Shown one piece after another: positions 18,856-29,831 of a DNA stretch of 64,000 nucleotides. The number at the start of each line of letters is the position of its first letter. Position 1 is the first letter of the stretch. The notes under the pieces were generated by a model that was not told where the DNA came from, ran no database searches, and saw only the letters and a program-made list of their open reading frames with translations. Source of the stretch: Actinomycetes bacterium (GTDB lineage Bacteria > Actinomycetota > Actinomycetes > S36-B12 > UBA5976). A program made the translations under genes and the position numbers. The stretch is taken from positions 6,995-70,994 of the forward strand of contig JASJMK010000049.1 of assembly GCA_037619625.1 (NCBI GenBank), in the 5' to 3' direction.

Positions 18856-19362
18856 TTACTGACTGCGGTCAGTCAGCGTCCATTCCCGGCCGCCAGTGAA
18901 TCCAACACTGAGGTTGTAAAGCACCGCGTACAAAGCTGAAAGCACACTGAGTAACACTATTTCTATTGCTGAAATCACCATAGTTAAACCAATTAGGCGT
19001 CCCAGTGATAGAAAACTAATGCCAGCGCTATCGCTGCCAGCTGCGTCATTCCAAAGTCCAGAGATGGCCTCAAACACGCCAGCAGCTGAAAGCACTCCCC
19101 AAAGCACAATTACTGCAACCAGCAAAACTCCGGCAATAGTTACGCCAAGCATGAATGCGCTTTTGGCAGCTGCCCAGGGATCAATATGCGTTAGATGCAG
19201 TCGCACTGACCGGGAGCCTGTTGATTGGTCAGTTGTAGTTGGCATCTCTTGAGCTGAGAAAGTGCTGGCTGGATCTTGCGCGCTTCTTCCTTTAAGTGGG
19301 TTTGAAAAGTAATGACGCTTAGTTGGCTGGTCATCGTTGGATCCGAAATCTACCTCAGACAT
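18856..19362 (-). CDS. DUF3566-type membrane protein (Rv0007-like)
   Basis: 168 aa with a disordered N-terminus followed by two long TM segments. It lies immediately downstream of gyrA, as in other actinobacteria. Confidence 0.75.
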   Translation of the reverse strand: MSEVDFGSNDDQPTKRHYFSNPLKGRSAQDPASTFSAQEMPTTTDQSTGSRSVRLHLTHIDPWAAAKSAFMLGVTIAGVLLVAVIVLWGVLSAAGVFEAISGLWNDAAGSDSAGISFLSLGRLIGLTMVISAIEIVLLSVLSALYAVLYNLSVGFTGGREWTLTDRSQ

Positions 19363-21930
19363 TTAAACCTCTTCCTCTTGCGTCGAGGCATCTGCTGCCG
19401 CTACTACTTCTTCGGTTTGTTCTTGGCCAGCAACATTAGCTGGGATTTCTACATTTTCCAGCGCTGCCATGGCGGCCGCTGTGCTCCGCGCTACTGCAAC
19501 AACTTGATCGTCATCGCCAACTTTCATAAATGAAACACCCATGGTGTCGCGTCCAGCTGCGCGAATCTCGTCAACACGTGTGCGGATTACAACGCCATTG
19601 CTGGCAATCGCGAAAATTTCATCTTCTGCTGCACAAATTAGAGCGCCCGCTAGTCCACCGCGTTTTTCAACCAGGCGCATAGCGCGGACACCTTGGGTGC
19701 CACGACCCTTTGCATTCCACTCTTCAATCGAAGTTCGCTTAGCCCAACCACCCTCGGTTACGGTAACTACGAATGAATCAGGAGTGGCCACTTCCATTTT
19801 CAGCAGATAATCATCGTCTGTTTTAAATCGAATTCCAATTACGCCGCCTGCAGTTCGACCCATAGGGCGAAGTGTCGCATCGTTAGCATGGCAGCGCACT
19901 GAGTAGCCCATCTTTGAAACCAGCAACAAGTCATCTTCATCGTTAACGAGCTGAGCAGAAACCACACCATCTTCATCACGCAGTGTGATGGCAACTAAGC
20001 CAGTGCTACGCGAGGAGTCGTAGTCAGTTAGGCGCGACTTTTTGACGACGCCATTGCGGGTAGCAAGAATCAAATACTTTGCTTGCTCGTAATCCCTTAA
20101 ATCAAGAACTTCAACTACGTGCTCTTCAGGTGCAAGTGAAAGCAAGTTGGCCACATGTTGACCGCGAGCATCGCGACCAGTATCCGTTAATTCATATGCC
20201 TTGACCCGGAACACTCGACCACGGTCTGTAAAGAACAAAATCCAGTGATGTGTCGTAGTGACGAAGAAGTTTGTAACGACATCGTCTTGTTTCAGTGCTG
20301 CGCCCTTGACGCCTCGGCCACCACGTTTTTGGGAACGATACAGCGCAGCTTTAGTTCGCTTGATGTAACCATCAGCAGATAACGTAACCACGATCGGTTC
20401 GACCGCAATTAAATCTTCGTGTGTAACATCATTTTCATCGGCCACAATTGTGGTGCGTCGCTCGTCACCGAACTTGTTTACGATTTCTGCAAGCTCGTCA
20501 CTTACTATGCTGCGTTGCCGGGTTTCATTAGCCAAAATATCTTGGTAGTCGGCAATTTCCGCCATCAACTTATCGTGTTGTGATTGCAGTTCATTTCGTT
20601 CAAGTGCGGCTAATTTACGAAGCTGCATATCCAAAATAGCTTGTGCTTGTATTTCGTCGATATCCAGAAGTTTTATCAAACCAGCTTGCGCTACTGAGGC
20701 AGATTCAGAAGCTCGAATTAACGCAATTACTTCATCAATGCGATCGATTGCTTTTAACAATCCGATCAAAATATGAACACGCTCTTGCGCAATACGTAAG
20801 CGATAAGCAGTGCGTCGTTGAATTACTTCAACTTGATGCGCAATCCAGTTGAGTACAAACGCATCAAGAGTTAGTGTGCGTGGCACACTGTCAACAAGCG
20901 CAAGCATGTTTGCGCCAAAGTTATCTTGTAGTTGCGTGAACTTAAACAAGTTGTTGAGCACAACTTTTGGCACTGCGTCGCGCTTAAGCACCACGACAAT
21001 GCGCATTCCGGTACGCGAGGAACTTTCATCAATTAAGTCCGCGATGCCTGATACTTTTCCTTGCTCAACAAGTTCGGCGATGCGCTCCAACAAATTGTCT
21101 GGATTAACTTGGTATGGCAATTGCGTTACCGCAATAATTGTGCGCCCACGCTTATCTTCGGTAATTTCAGTGACGGCTCGCATCGTAATTGACCCGCGGC
21201 CAGTGCGATATGCATCTTGAATTCCGCGGCGTCCAACAATTTGACCACCCGTTGGGAAATCAGGACCTGTGATTCGTTCTAGCAAAGCTTCAAGTAGTTC
21301 TTCGCGGGTAGCATCTGGATGCTCGAGCGACCACTGCACACCTGAAGCGACTTCCGTTAAGTTGTGCGGCGGAATATTGGTTGCCATTCCTACGGCAATG
21401 CCGGATGAACCATTAACTAATAAGTTTGGAAAACGGGCCGGTAAAACTGTTGGTTCAAGGTTTTTACCGTCGTAGTTCGGCACGAAGTTAACGGTGTCCT
21501 GATCAATGTCGCGCACCATTTCCATAGCGAGCGAGGCCATGCGGCACTCGGTGTAGCGCGAAGCTGCGGCTGAGTCATTACCTGGGGAACCAAAGTTTCC
21601 TTGGCCTTGAACTAACGGGTAACGAAGTGACCAAGATTGAGTTAGTCGAACTAAGGTGTCGTAAATTGCACTGTCACCATGCGGGTGATATTGCCCCATG
21701 ACTTCGCCAACTACGCGGGCACTTTTATTAAATGCTCGATCTGGCCGATACCCACCGTCGTACATTGCGTAAATAACTCGGCGGTGAACTGGTTTCAAGC
21801 CATCACGAACATCTGGCAATGCGCGAGAAACGATAACGCTCATTGCGTAGTCAAGATATGAGCGCTGCATTTCTACATTAAGGTCGACAATTTCGACTTG
21901 ATCGTATGTTGAGTCGTTAATTTCAGTCAT
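19363..21930 (-). CDS. gyrA: DNA gyrase subunit A
   Basis: [19 protein letters not shown], and C-terminal beta-pinwheel repeats. The start overlaps the gyrB stop by 1 nt (TGATG). Confidence 0.98.
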   Translation of the reverse strand: MTEINDSTYDQVEIVDLNVEMQRSYLDYAMSVIVSRALPDVRDGLKPVHRRVIYAMYDGGYRPDRAFNKSARVVGEVMGQYHPHGDSAIYDTLVRLTQSWSLRYPLVQGQGNFGSPGNDSAAASRYTECRMASLAMEMVRDIDQDTVNFVPNYDGKNLEPTVLPARFPNLLVNGSSGIAVGMATNIPPHNLTEVASGVQWSLEHPDATREELLEALLERITGPDFPTGGQIVGRRGIQDAYRTGRGSITMRAVTEITEDKRGRTIIAVTQLPYQVNPDNLLERIAELVEQGKVSGIADLIDESSSRTGMRIVVVLKRDAVPKVVLNNLFKFTQLQDNFGANMLALVDSVPRTLTLDAFVLNWIAHQVEVIQRRTAYRLRIAQERVHILIGLLKAIDRIDEVIALIRASESASVAQAGLIKLLDIDEIQAQAILDMQLRKLAALERNELQSQHDKLMAEIADYQDILANETRQRSIVSDELAEIVNKFGDERRTTIVADENDVTHEDLIAVEPIVVTLSADGYIKRTKAALYRSQKRGGRGVKGAALKQDDVVTNFFVTTTHHWILFFTDRGRVFRVKAYELTDTGRDARGQHVANLLSLAPEEHVVEVLDLRDYEQAKYLILATRNGVVKKSRLTDYDSSRSTGLVAITLRDEDGVVSAQLVNDEDDLLLVSKMGYSVRCHANDATLRPMGRTAGGVIGIRFKTDDDYLLKMEVATPDSFVVTVTEGGWAKRTSIEEWNAKGRGTQGVRAMRLVEKRGGLAGALICAAEDEIFAIASNGVVIRTRVDEIRAAGRDTMGVSFMKVGDDDQVVAVARSTAAAMAALENVEIPANVAGQEQTEEVVAAADASTQEEEV

Positions 21931-23912
21931 CAGATATCCAAGAACCGCACGTCGTGTGCATTGCGCTGAATAAAGTTGCGTCGACTTTCGACGTCCTCAC
22001 CCATCAAGGTGGAGAAAAGTTGATCCGCTTGCGCAGCATCATCGACTGAAACTTGAAGTAACACTCGAGTAGCTGGGTTCATGGTGGTTTCCCAGAGTTC
22101 GTCAGCATTCATTTCGCCAAGTCCTTTATAGCGCTGGACGTCTTCGGTTTTTAATTTTTTACCTGCAGCTGTGCCAGCCTCAATTAATTCATCGCGTTGG
22201 CGATCTGAGTAGGCATACCCGGGGGTATCGCGGGACCACTTAACTTTATAAAGTGGCGGTTGCGCCAAATATACAAAGCCCCCATCAACAAGTGGGCGCA
22301 TGTACCGGAATAAAAAGGTAAGCAGCAGTGTGCGAATGTGTTGGCCGTCGACATCTGCGTCCGCCATCAAAATTAATTTGTGGTACCGCAATTTGTTTAA
22401 ATCAAATTCATCTTGAATACCAGTGCCGAATGCAGAAATTATTGCTTGTACTTCAGTGTTAGCTAAAACTCGATCTATTCTTGTTTTCTCAACATTAAGA
22501 ATTTTTCCGCGGATTGGTAAAATCGCTTGCGTCCGAGGGTCGCGACCTTGTCCAGCTGAGCCACCAGCTGAGTCTCCTTCAACAATATAAACTTCGCACT
22601 CGGCTGGTTGGTTACTTGAGCAATCTTTTAACTTTCCGGGCAAACTGCTGCTGCCAAGTAGTCCCTTGCGATTGCGTGCTAAGTCACGAGCTTTGCGAGC
22701 AGCAAGACGAGCAGTTGCTGCCTGTAAAGATTTGCGAGCGATATCTTTACCTTGCGCTGGATTCTTTTCAAACCAGGCTGCTAGCTCTTCATTAACAACC
22801 TTTTGCACAAAAGTTTTGGCTTCGGTGTTTCCAAGTTTTGTCTTAGTTTGGCCTTCAAATTGCGGTTCGTGTAATTTAATCGAAACTATCGCGGTAAGGC
22901 CTTCGCGCACATCTTCGCCAGAGAGGTTTGTGTCCTTCTCTTTTAAGATGCTCCATTCCCTTGCAAACTTATTAACTAGTGAAGTAAGCGCGGTGCGAAA
23001 ACCCTCTTCGTGAGTACCGCCCTCGACTGTGTTGATTGTGTTGGCAAATGTATAAACCGATTCTGAGTAAGTTGCATTCCACTGCATAGCAACTTCAAGA
23101 CTTAAACCGCGCTTAGTGTCTTCTGAGAAAAATTCCACAATATCGTTGTGAATCGGGGTTTTCCGGGTGTTTAGATATTTAACGAAATCTGTAATTCCGC
23201 CTTCGTACATGTAGGAAACATGGCGTGGTCCAGCTTCTTTTGGTTCGCCAGTTTCTTCATCTAAAATTACGCCAGTCGCTGGACGTTCATCGGTCAAGCT
23301 CAGGGTGAGTCCGCGGTTTAGAAATGCCATTTCTTGGAAGCGTCGCGACAAAGTTTCAAAGTCATAAACTGTGGTTTCAAATATGTCGCCGTCTGCCCAG
23401 AATGTAACTGTTGTTCCAGTGGTATCGACTTTTCCACCTTTTTTAAGCGGGGCAACTGGAACGCCATATTTATAAGACTGGGTGTGAATGAATCCTTCAC
23501 GGCGTACTTCAACATCAACATCTCTAGAAAGTGCGTTTACTACGGAAACGCCAACTCCATGGAGCCCACCAGAAACTGCATATCCGCCGCCGCCGAACTT
23601 TCCGCCTGCGTGCAATACGGTTAGCACAACTTCAACAGCTGGCTTTCCCTCGGAGGGAACTATGTCAACTGGAATTCCGCGCCCATTATCAACAACTCGG
23701 ACGCCACCATCAGACAAGATTGTTACTTCAATATGTGAACAATGACCTGCTAAAGCTTCATCAACTGAGTTATCTACGACTTCATAAACTAGGTGGTGTA
23801 GGCCGCGCTCGCCCGTTGAGCCGATGTACATACCCGGGCGCTTTCGGACTGCGTCCAGGCCCTCAAGGACCTGAATGGCGCTGGCGTCATATGACACTTT
23901 TGAGCCCTCCAT
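21930..23912 (-). CDS. gyrB: DNA gyrase subunit B
   Basis: GHKL ATPase region ([16 protein letters not shown]), Toprim EGDSAGGSA, and PLYKV. Confidence 0.98.
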   Translation of the reverse strand: MEGSKVSYDASAIQVLEGLDAVRKRPGMYIGSTGERGLHHLVYEVVDNSVDEALAGHCSHIEVTILSDGGVRVVDNGRGIPVDIVPSEGKPAVEVVLTVLHAGGKFGGGGYAVSGGLHGVGVSVVNALSRDVDVEVRREGFIHTQSYKYGVPVAPLKKGGKVDTTGTTVTFWADGDIFETTVYDFETLSRRFQEMAFLNRGLTLSLTDERPATGVILDEETGEPKEAGPRHVSYMYEGGITDFVKYLNTRKTPIHNDIVEFFSEDTKRGLSLEVAMQWNATYSESVYTFANTINTVEGGTHEEGFRTALTSLVNKFAREWSILKEKDTNLSGEDVREGLTAIVSIKLHEPQFEGQTKTKLGNTEAKTFVQKVVNEELAAWFEKNPAQGKDIARKSLQAATARLAARKARDLARNRKGLLGSSSLPGKLKDCSSNQPAECEVYIVEGDSAGGSAGQGRDPRTQAILPIRGKILNVEKTRIDRVLANTEVQAIISAFGTGIQDEFDLNKLRYHKLILMADADVDGQHIRTLLLTFLFRYMRPLVDGGFVYLAQPPLYKVKWSRDTPGYAYSDRQRDELIEAGTAAGKKLKTEDVQRYKGLGEMNADELWETTMNPATRVLLQVSVDDAAQADQLFSTLMGEDVESRRNFIQRNAHDVRFLDI

Positions 23913-24016
23913 CGAACATCTTTGGCACCTGAAGGTCAGACCCTAATTGGGAGTTTTTCAGGCACACTATTAGCTTTAATTCTATTACGCCTATTGAATT
24001 TTTTATAGTTGGGGTA

Positions 24017-24541
24017 TCACCCGTAGGTGTCCCTTGGGCCGCGTCCTTTGACGCTTCGTTGACCATGTTTCCAGGATGGCGCAGTAGGGCCAAGTACCTT
24101 AATTTCACTGATTCGGCCTTGGCCGATCTCTTGCCCTAAGCGCTCGGAAATGGTGGGTAAAAGTAGGCGAATTTGAGTGGCCCAGGCGCTGGTTTCTGCC
24201 CGCAGAATTAAAGTTCCAGACTGACCGCTTGGATCCAAATTAAAGGACTCAATTGTCACGTGGCTTGCTATTTCGTGACCAACAATTAATCCCCATTGTC
24301 CTTGAAGTTTTCCAGTGGCTACTTGTAAGTCCCAGCCCTTATTGATTATTAAGCGCTCTATTAACCCCGAGAGCATGGCTGGATCACGCTCGTCTGGTCC
24401 TGCGCCACTTCGCTGGTCTTCGTAACTTGGTGAATTCCGCCGCTTAATAACCGGGCTGGACGTAGCGCGAACTCTTGCCCGACTCAGTAACGAGCGTAAA
24501 AATTCTTGTTGTGGTTTTTCTAACACAATGCTAATTATCAT
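24017..24541 (-). CDS. dciA: DUF721 / DciA-family protein (Rv0004-like)
   Basis: 174 aa located between recF and gyrB. The C-terminal half (WGLIVGHEIASHVTIESF...LILRAETSAWATQIRLL) matches the DUF721 pattern. Confidence 0.75.
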   Translation of the reverse strand: MIISIVLEKPQQEFLRSLLSRARVRATSSPVIKRRNSPSYEDQRSGAGPDERDPAMLSGLIERLIINKGWDLQVATGKLQGQWGLIVGHEIASHVTIESFNLDPSGQSGTLILRAETSAWATQIRLLLPTISERLGQEIGQGRISEIKVLGPTAPSWKHGQRSVKGRGPRDTYG

Positions 24542-25631
24542 CCAAAAGAAGCTGGTTGGAAAGCAAACCTTTCGGAATATCTTCTAGGACTGCTGCTGTG
24601 ATTAAAGTTTGCTCCACTCCAGTAATTGAGTTGATTAGCCTGGTTCGTCGCTTTTCATCTAACTCGGCAAACACATCATCCAGGATCAAAATTGGGTCGT
24701 CGTCGTGGTCGCGAAGAACTGTGAAAGTTGCAAGCCGTAGCGCAATAGCAATAGACCAAGATTGTCCATGCGAAGCATATCCTTTTGCTGGCATATCACT
24801 TAATAGAATTTCCAAGTCGTCGCGGTGGGGACCAACCAGTGTTACGCCGCGCTCCACTTCTTCTTTAAATCTTTTTTCTAATTGGGCTCGAAACTCTTTT
24901 TCTATTTCAGTAACTGAAATTATTTTGTTAGCTAGCCAAGTACACGAGTAGTTAACAACAAGTGGTTCACTGTCGCCGCTAATTGTGTTTCCAAAAGTTG
25001 AAATGTGCGGTTGAAGTTTAGTTAAGTTTTGCAACCGGGTTGCAATCAACTCGCTTCCATGGGTAACAAGTTGCTCATCCCATGCAGCCAGTGTTGCTTT
25101 CGCCGACTCTGTTGGGGTTCTGCGCCCTAACGATTTAAGTAAAGCGTTCCTTTGTTTTAATGTCCGCTCGTACTCACTCCTAGTGTTTATAAATTTAGGA
25201 ATTAATAGTGTTGAGAAATCATCAATGAAGCGCCTTCTAGCCCCTGGTTCACCTTTGATTAAATCTAGATCTTCTGGGGAAAAAATAACTGTGCTAACTA
25301 ATCCAAGTAAGTCTTTTGTTTTAGGTAACGCGGCGCCGTTTAAAATTACTTTATTAACGCCCGGGTAGTTAATTGTGAGTTCCACTTGTGCTTGCCGGTC
25401 GTGTTTAATAACCGTTGCACCCACGTGTGCGGTAGTTAATCCGCTTCTAATTAAAGGCCCGTCTTGGGAAACTCGGTGACTTCCTAGGGTGGCTAAATAG
25501 TGCACCGCTTCAACAATGTTTGTTTTACCCCGCCCATTCGGGCCAACTATGGTTGTCGCGCCTGGTGAAAAAGAAAGACTTAAGTTCTTATGGTTTCGAA
25601 AATCACGAAGGAGAAGTTTTGATATCTGCAT
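24531..25631 (-). CDS. recF: DNA replication/repair protein RecF
   Basis: Walker A GPNGRGKTN, signature region SHGQSWS, and Walker B ILILDDVFAELD. Confidence 0.96.
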   Translation of the reverse strand: MQISKLLLRDFRNHKNLSLSFSPGATTIVGPNGRGKTNIVEAVHYLATLGSHRVSQDGPLIRSGLTTAHVGATVIKHDRQAQVELTINYPGVNKVILNGAALPKTKDLLGLVSTVIFSPEDLDLIKGEPGARRRFIDDFSTLLIPKFINTRSEYERTLKQRNALLKSLGRRTPTESAKATLAAWDEQLVTHGSELIATRLQNLTKLQPHISTFGNTISGDSEPLVVNYSCTWLANKIISVTEIEKEFRAQLEKRFKEEVERGVTLVGPHRDDLEILLSDMPAKGYASHGQSWSIAIALRLATFTVLRDHDDDPILILDDVFAELDEKRRTRLINSITGVEQTLITAAVLEDIPKGLLSNQLLLDDN

Positions 25632-25634
25632 TAT

Positions 25635-26762
25635 TTACTGTTGCCGAATTGGCATCAGTAAATATTTAAAGCTGTCATCTACTGGTGCACCAAAGTCGCT
25701 GGCTCCGGAAATAACTGCGGGGCGAATTGGTGTTGTCATTGAGATTACGGAGATAGCTGAGTCGATAGCCGTTAAACCGTCTAGTAAAAATTGGTGGTTA
25801 AACGCAATTGTTAATTCGTCGCCGGTAAGTGTGCACTCGATTGATTCTTTAGCTTCCGCTAACTCACCGCTTCCACCACCGCCAGTAATAGTTGCTTCGC
25901 CATTTGCAAAAGTTATCCGAATTGGTGCTTCGCGTTCTAGCACTAACGAAACACGTTTTACTGACTCAACCAGTGCGCTGGTACTTAGTTGCGCAATCGT
26001 GGTCGACTCGGTTGGTAACAGTGTCCGGTATTTTGGAAAGTCTGCAGCAAGCATTCGACTTGTTGTTTGGCGACCTAAGCCTTCAATTCCAACTAGTCCT
26101 TCATTTCCTGTTGCGAATGCGAGTGATATTGATTCGCTGTGCGCTAACGACTTAGAAGAGTCCGTTAAAAATTTTGCGGGGATTAGTGCGTGGGTGCTAA
26201 GTGATGTGGAATTTGGTGACCAGTTAAGTTCACGTACAGCTAGCCGGTATCGATCTGTTGCAGCTAACGTTAAAGTTGCTCCCTCAGCGTCAATTTTTAC
26301 ACCTGTGAAAGCGGGCAGGGTTTCATCGCGCGACGCTGCGATCGCAACTTGCGCAATTGCACTAGCAAAATGTGTTCCGGAAACGCTACCGCTGACTGCA
26401 GGCATGTTCGGTAGTGGTGGGTATTCCGCAACTGGCATTGTTGGGATGGTAAAAGATGATCGGCCACAAGTTATCTGTGCGCGATTTCCAACTAGTGCAA
26501 AATCAATAATTGAAGATGGTAAGGACCTGGTTATGTCCGCTAGTAATCTTCCCGGGATTAAAACTGTTCCAGCTTCAATTACTTCCGCAGATAAATTTGC
26601 GCGAGCACTAACGTCTGCGTCACTTCCAGAAAGTACTAACCCGTTTTTGTCCGCTACTAAATGCATACCGGTTAAAAGTGGCTGGGTTGATTTAGTTGGC
26701 AGGGTTCGAGAGGCCCATGCCACTGCCTCGGCCATTACGTCGCGATCTACCTGAAACTTCAC
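25635..26762 (-). CDS. dnaN: DNA polymerase III beta sliding clamp
   Basis: 375 aa with the typical three-domain clamp sequence and C-terminal YLLMPIR. Confidence 0.97.
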   Translation of the reverse strand: MKFQVDRDVMAEAVAWASRTLPTKSTQPLLTGMHLVADKNGLVLSGSDADVSARANLSAEVIEAGTVLIPGRLLADITRSLPSSIIDFALVGNRAQITCGRSSFTIPTMPVAEYPPLPNMPAVSGSVSGTHFASAIAQVAIAASRDETLPAFTGVKIDAEGATLTLAATDRYRLAVRELNWSPNSTSLSTHALIPAKFLTDSSKSLAHSESISLAFATGNEGLVGIEGLGRQTTSRMLAADFPKYRTLLPTESTTIAQLSTSALVESVKRVSLVLEREAPIRITFANGEATITGGGGSGELAEAKESIECTLTGDELTIAFNHQFLLDGLTAIDSAISVISMTTPIRPAVISGASDFGAPVDDSFKYLLMPIRQQ

Positions 26763-27209
26763 TTACAACTCACCCTCTGGTGTTTAAGAATCTAGAGCCC
26801 TTATCGTGCCATGTCTGGCTGACTAATTCAGCCAACAAGTTATTACGGTTTTCGTTATTAGATTAGTTACTAACTAAGTTGCCCACAGCATTGGTCAACC
26901 TTAAATCCGCTAATATATCTTTAGTAGTAGTAGTAGGTGCTGTGGATACTGTGGATAACCTCTAAATACCATAAGAAACAAAACAATATAAATAATTACC
27001 CTGTGGATAAATATCTAGAAAACCACTAAAAACTACTTAAAAATATAGTTATCCACAACCATCCACATAATTTTGGAGTTAGCGCTTAGTTTTCCCTTAA
27101 TTAATCCACAAAACCCAAAAAACATACTGTTTAAGGTAAAAGATATCCCCAGACTTGTCCACACTGTGTATAGAAGTGACAGATGTTACGAAAGTGACTT
27201 AATTAAGCC
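26763..27209. other. oriC: Chromosomal replication origin (oriC) in the dnaA-dnaN intergenic region
   Basis: DnaA boxes: TGTGGATAC (26941-49), TGTGGATAA (26950-58), TGTGGATAA (27002-10), TTATCCACA (27049-57), CCATCCACA (27059-67), TAATCCACA (27102-10) and TTGTCCACA (27155-63). Strongly AT-rich tracts lie at 26970-27000 and 27011-27048. This is the canonical actinobacterial oriC location. Confidence 0.85.
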
Positions 27210-28655
27210 TTAAAGGGTTCTAGCCTGGGCCTTAATTCGGGTAGTTAAATCACTTACTTGATTATATAAACTTCGGCGTTCCGCAATTAACTGTCGGACT
27301 TTACGATCAGCATGCATAACCGTGGTGTGGTCGCGGCCGCCAAATTGCTGACCCACTTTCGGCAGCGACAAATCGGTCAACTCCCGACATAAGTACATAG
27401 CAATTTGTCGAGCGGTGACTAAAACCCGAGACCTACTTGGGCCGGTTAAATCATCCAAAGTCACGCCAAAATAACTGGCGGTCTGGGCCATGATTAAACT
27501 CGCGCTGATTTCTGGGCCAGCTATATCTGAAACCAAATCTCGCAACACAACTTCAGCCAACTCTAAGTCAACAGGCGTACGATTTAAGCTCGCAAAAGCG
27601 GTAACCCGGATTAATGCACCTTCAAGCTCGCGAATATTTGTGGACATCTTTGAAGCAATAAATTCTAAAACTTCAGGTGGAGCGCTCAATCTTTCTTGCG
27701 CACTTTTCTTTCTTAAAATCGCAATACGGGTTTCTAAATCGGGTGGTTGTACATCAGTGATCAAACCCCACTCAAATCTAGAGCTCATTCGATCTTCGAA
27801 ACCTTGAAGTTGTTTCGGTGGTAAATCTGAAGTAACAACAATTTGTTTATTAGCATTATGCAAAGTGTTAAAGGTGTGAAAAAACTCTTCTTGGGTCTGG
27901 ACTTTTCCAGATAGGAACTGAATGTCATCAACTAACAAAACGTCAATATCCCTGTAACGGCGCTGGAATTCCTTTGCTTTATCGTCACGGATTGAGTTAA
28001 TAAATTCATTAGTAAATTCTTCACTACTAACGTAACGAACTTTTGAACCGGCAAACAAAGTTCGGGTGTAATGCCCGATCGCATGCAACAAGTGTGTTTT
28101 TCCAAGACCAGATTCGCCATAAATAAATAATGGGTTGTAAGCCTTTGCCGGCTGTTCGGCAACTGCTCTTGCTGCGGCGTGCGCAAACCTATTTGAGGAT
28201 CCCGGCACAAAGGTGTCAAAAGTATATTTAGGATTTAGCCGACTTCCCTCCTCTGAAGTTCGAGGTGCCGGAGCTGGCCCACGACTTGCTTGTGGCGGCA
28301 GGGCAGGGTTGGGATCAGACTGCAACCCAATCTTTTCAATATCGGCATATGTTGAGTCAGCTAAATCGTCAGTTGCTTCGTCATCAAGGTAAGGCGCTAT
28401 CGACTCATCCACGGTTACCGCTAGGCGCATCTCTCGACCTAAAGTGGCCGAAAGAGCGTCACAAACAATTGGGCTTAGTCGACTCTCTAAAACATCTTTA
28501 GTAAATTCGTTTGGCGCTGCGACTAAGGCAGTATCCCCAACGATTCCAAGTGGGCGCGTAAGTGTTACAAAAGCTCGTTGCTGTGGGGTTAGGGCGCCAG
28601 CAGAAAGTGACTCTAATGTTCTTGTCCAAACATCATTTAAATCTATGTCTTCCAA
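27210..28655 (-). CDS. dnaA: Chromosomal replication initiator DnaA
   Basis: AAA+ Walker A GESGLGKTHL, VLLVDDIQF, and C-terminal DNA-binding domain (FGGRDHTTVMHA). Confidence 0.98.
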   Translation of the reverse strand: MEDIDLNDVWTRTLESLSAGALTPQQRAFVTLTRPLGIVGDTALVAAPNEFTKDVLESRLSPIVCDALSATLGREMRLAVTVDESIAPYLDDEATDDLADSTYADIEKIGLQSDPNPALPPQASRGPAPAPRTSEEGSRLNPKYTFDTFVPGSSNRFAHAAARAVAEQPAKAYNPLFIYGESGLGKTHLLHAIGHYTRTLFAGSKVRYVSSEEFTNEFINSIRDDKAKEFQRRYRDIDVLLVDDIQFLSGKVQTQEEFFHTFNTLHNANKQIVVTSDLPPKQLQGFEDRMSSRFEWGLITDVQPPDLETRIAILRKKSAQERLSAPPEVLEFIASKMSTNIRELEGALIRVTAFASLNRTPVDLELAEVVLRDLVSDIAGPEISASLIMAQTASYFGVTLDDLTGPSRSRVLVTARQIAMYLCRELTDLSLPKVGQQFGGRDHTTVMHADRKVRQLIAERRSLYNQVSDLTTRIKAQARTL

Positions 28656-28733
28656 GTCACACCCAATCTCAAAATAATTAACGCCAGCTAAGTTCGCCGA
28701 AAAACAACCATAATTTCAGTAACTTAATTAACC

Positions 28734-28956
28734 TGTCCCCTGTGGATATCCCCAACAAGTAAATTCGCCCCTGTGGATATCCTCGGAGTATGCAGACTAT
28801 TGCCTGTGGATACCGCTTGACAAGTTGTTTTCCACAGGAACTGCGGTCGCGGGCGAGTTTGACCAATACCAGCAGTTACCCGTATCTTTAGGTACTTAAT
28901 ACGTAGATCGATGAGCATTTCGTCGAATGTTCGCGAGGGTCAACTTTCGTGGATAT
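28734..28956. promoter_or_regulatory. DnaA-box array in the divergent dnaA / rpmH promoter region
   Basis: TGTGGATAT (28741-49), TGTGGATAT (28772-80), TGTGGATAC (28805-13), TTTTCCACA (28828-36) and CGTGGATAT (28948-56). The first two sit inside an identical 15-mer, CCCCTGTGGATATCC, spaced 31 bp apart. Confidence 0.75.
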
Positions 28957-29000
28957 CCGATGGCTAATCGCCCGAACCCTAACTTCCTGGAGTGTCAATT

Positions 29001-29138
29001 ATGACAAAGCGCACCTATCAACCAAATAAGCGTCGTCGCGCAAAGAAGCACGGTTTTCGTAACCGGATGAGCACCCGAGCCGGCCGTGGCATTCTTGCCT
29101 CTCGTCGCGCTAAGGGCCGCACCAAATTATCTGCTTAA
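29001..29138 (+). CDS. rpmH: 50S ribosomal protein L34
   Basis: Hand-translated as [45 protein letters not shown]. The RBS GGAG lies upstream. It is below the ORF-track size cut-off. Confidence 0.97.
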   Translation: MTKRTYQPNKRRRAKKHGFRNRMSTRAGRGILASRRAKGRTKLSA

Positions 29139-29160
29139 TCTGGCAATTGGTTTAACTAAA

Positions 29161-29496
29161 ATGCTTCCGGCCTCGGCGAGGTTGCGTAAGTCATCGGAAA
29201 TCTCGGCAGTAATGAAGTCGGGCACAAGGTTTTCAGCGAAATTGGTGGTTTTACACGTGGCACTCGGATCAACTGAACAATCCAAAGTTGCTTTTGCGGT
29301 GGGTAAAAATGTTGGAAATTCGGTAACTCGACACCGGGTAACCCGTCAATTACGCCATATAGTCACCCCAGTTCTAACCAGATTTCCAAGCGGTTCACAT
29401 GTTGTCGTTAGGGCGCTGCCAGCTTCGGCGAGCGCCAGCTTTACCCAACTTGCCGAAAACCTTGAGTTCGCCCTGCGGAAAGTTCCAAATCCATGA
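29161..29496 (+). CDS. rnpA: Ribonuclease P protein component
   Basis: The N-terminus MLPASARLRKSSE is typical for RnpA. The ORF-track start at 29086 would overlap rpmH, so the internal ATG at 29161 is preferred. Confidence 0.9.
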   Translation: MLPASARLRKSSEISAVMKSGTRFSAKLVVLHVALGSTEQSKVAFAVGKNVGNSVTRHRVTRQLRHIVTPVLTRFPSGSHVVVRALPASASASFTQLAENLEFALRKVPNP

Positions 29497-29831
29497 TTCA
29501 TATTGTTGAAGCTGGAAAACAAGTGTGGGATAAAACTTTTGGTAGAGCTTTCATTTTGATCTTGGCTGGTTTAATTCGAAGTTACCAAATCGTCTTGAGT
29601 CCTCGGATTGGTCAAGTTTGTCGTTACTACCCAAGTTGTTCCCATTACGCCTTGGCAGCCGTGAAAGTTCATGGCGCAGGTAAAGGCAGCTTGCTAGCAA
29701 CATGGCGGATATTGCGCTGTCACCCATGGGCAGCTGGTGGCGTGGAATTTATTCCAGAAAAAGGACATTGGTCCAATAGCGAAGTAATTGAAACTTCAAC
29801 TAATAATGACAGGCAGGTTGCAGGCACATGA
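29493..29831 (+). CDS. yidD: Membrane protein insertion efficiency factor YidD
   Basis: YQIVLSPRIGQVCRYYPSCSHYALAAVKVHG...RCHPW motif. There are ATGA overlaps with both rnpA and yidC. Confidence 0.92.
   Translation: MIHIVEAGKQVWDKTFGRAFILILAGLIRSYQIVLSPRIGQVCRYYPSCSHYALAAVKVHGAGKGSLLATWRILRCHPWAAGGVEFIPEKGHWSNSEVIETSTNNDRQVAGT

Noticed and set aside
25516-26754. A 412-aa ORF on the plus strand, antisense to dnaN and the 5' end of recF.
   Set aside because: It is a shadow ORF that exactly overlaps a highly conserved gene. Its translation is low-complexity (S/A/P/V-rich), it has no recognisable motifs and no RBS context.
26922-26936. The (TAG)5 microsatellite inside oriC.
   Set aside because: It is too short to interpret on its own, so I mention it only as part of the oriC description. 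It could vary in length between strains, but there is no evidence of function.
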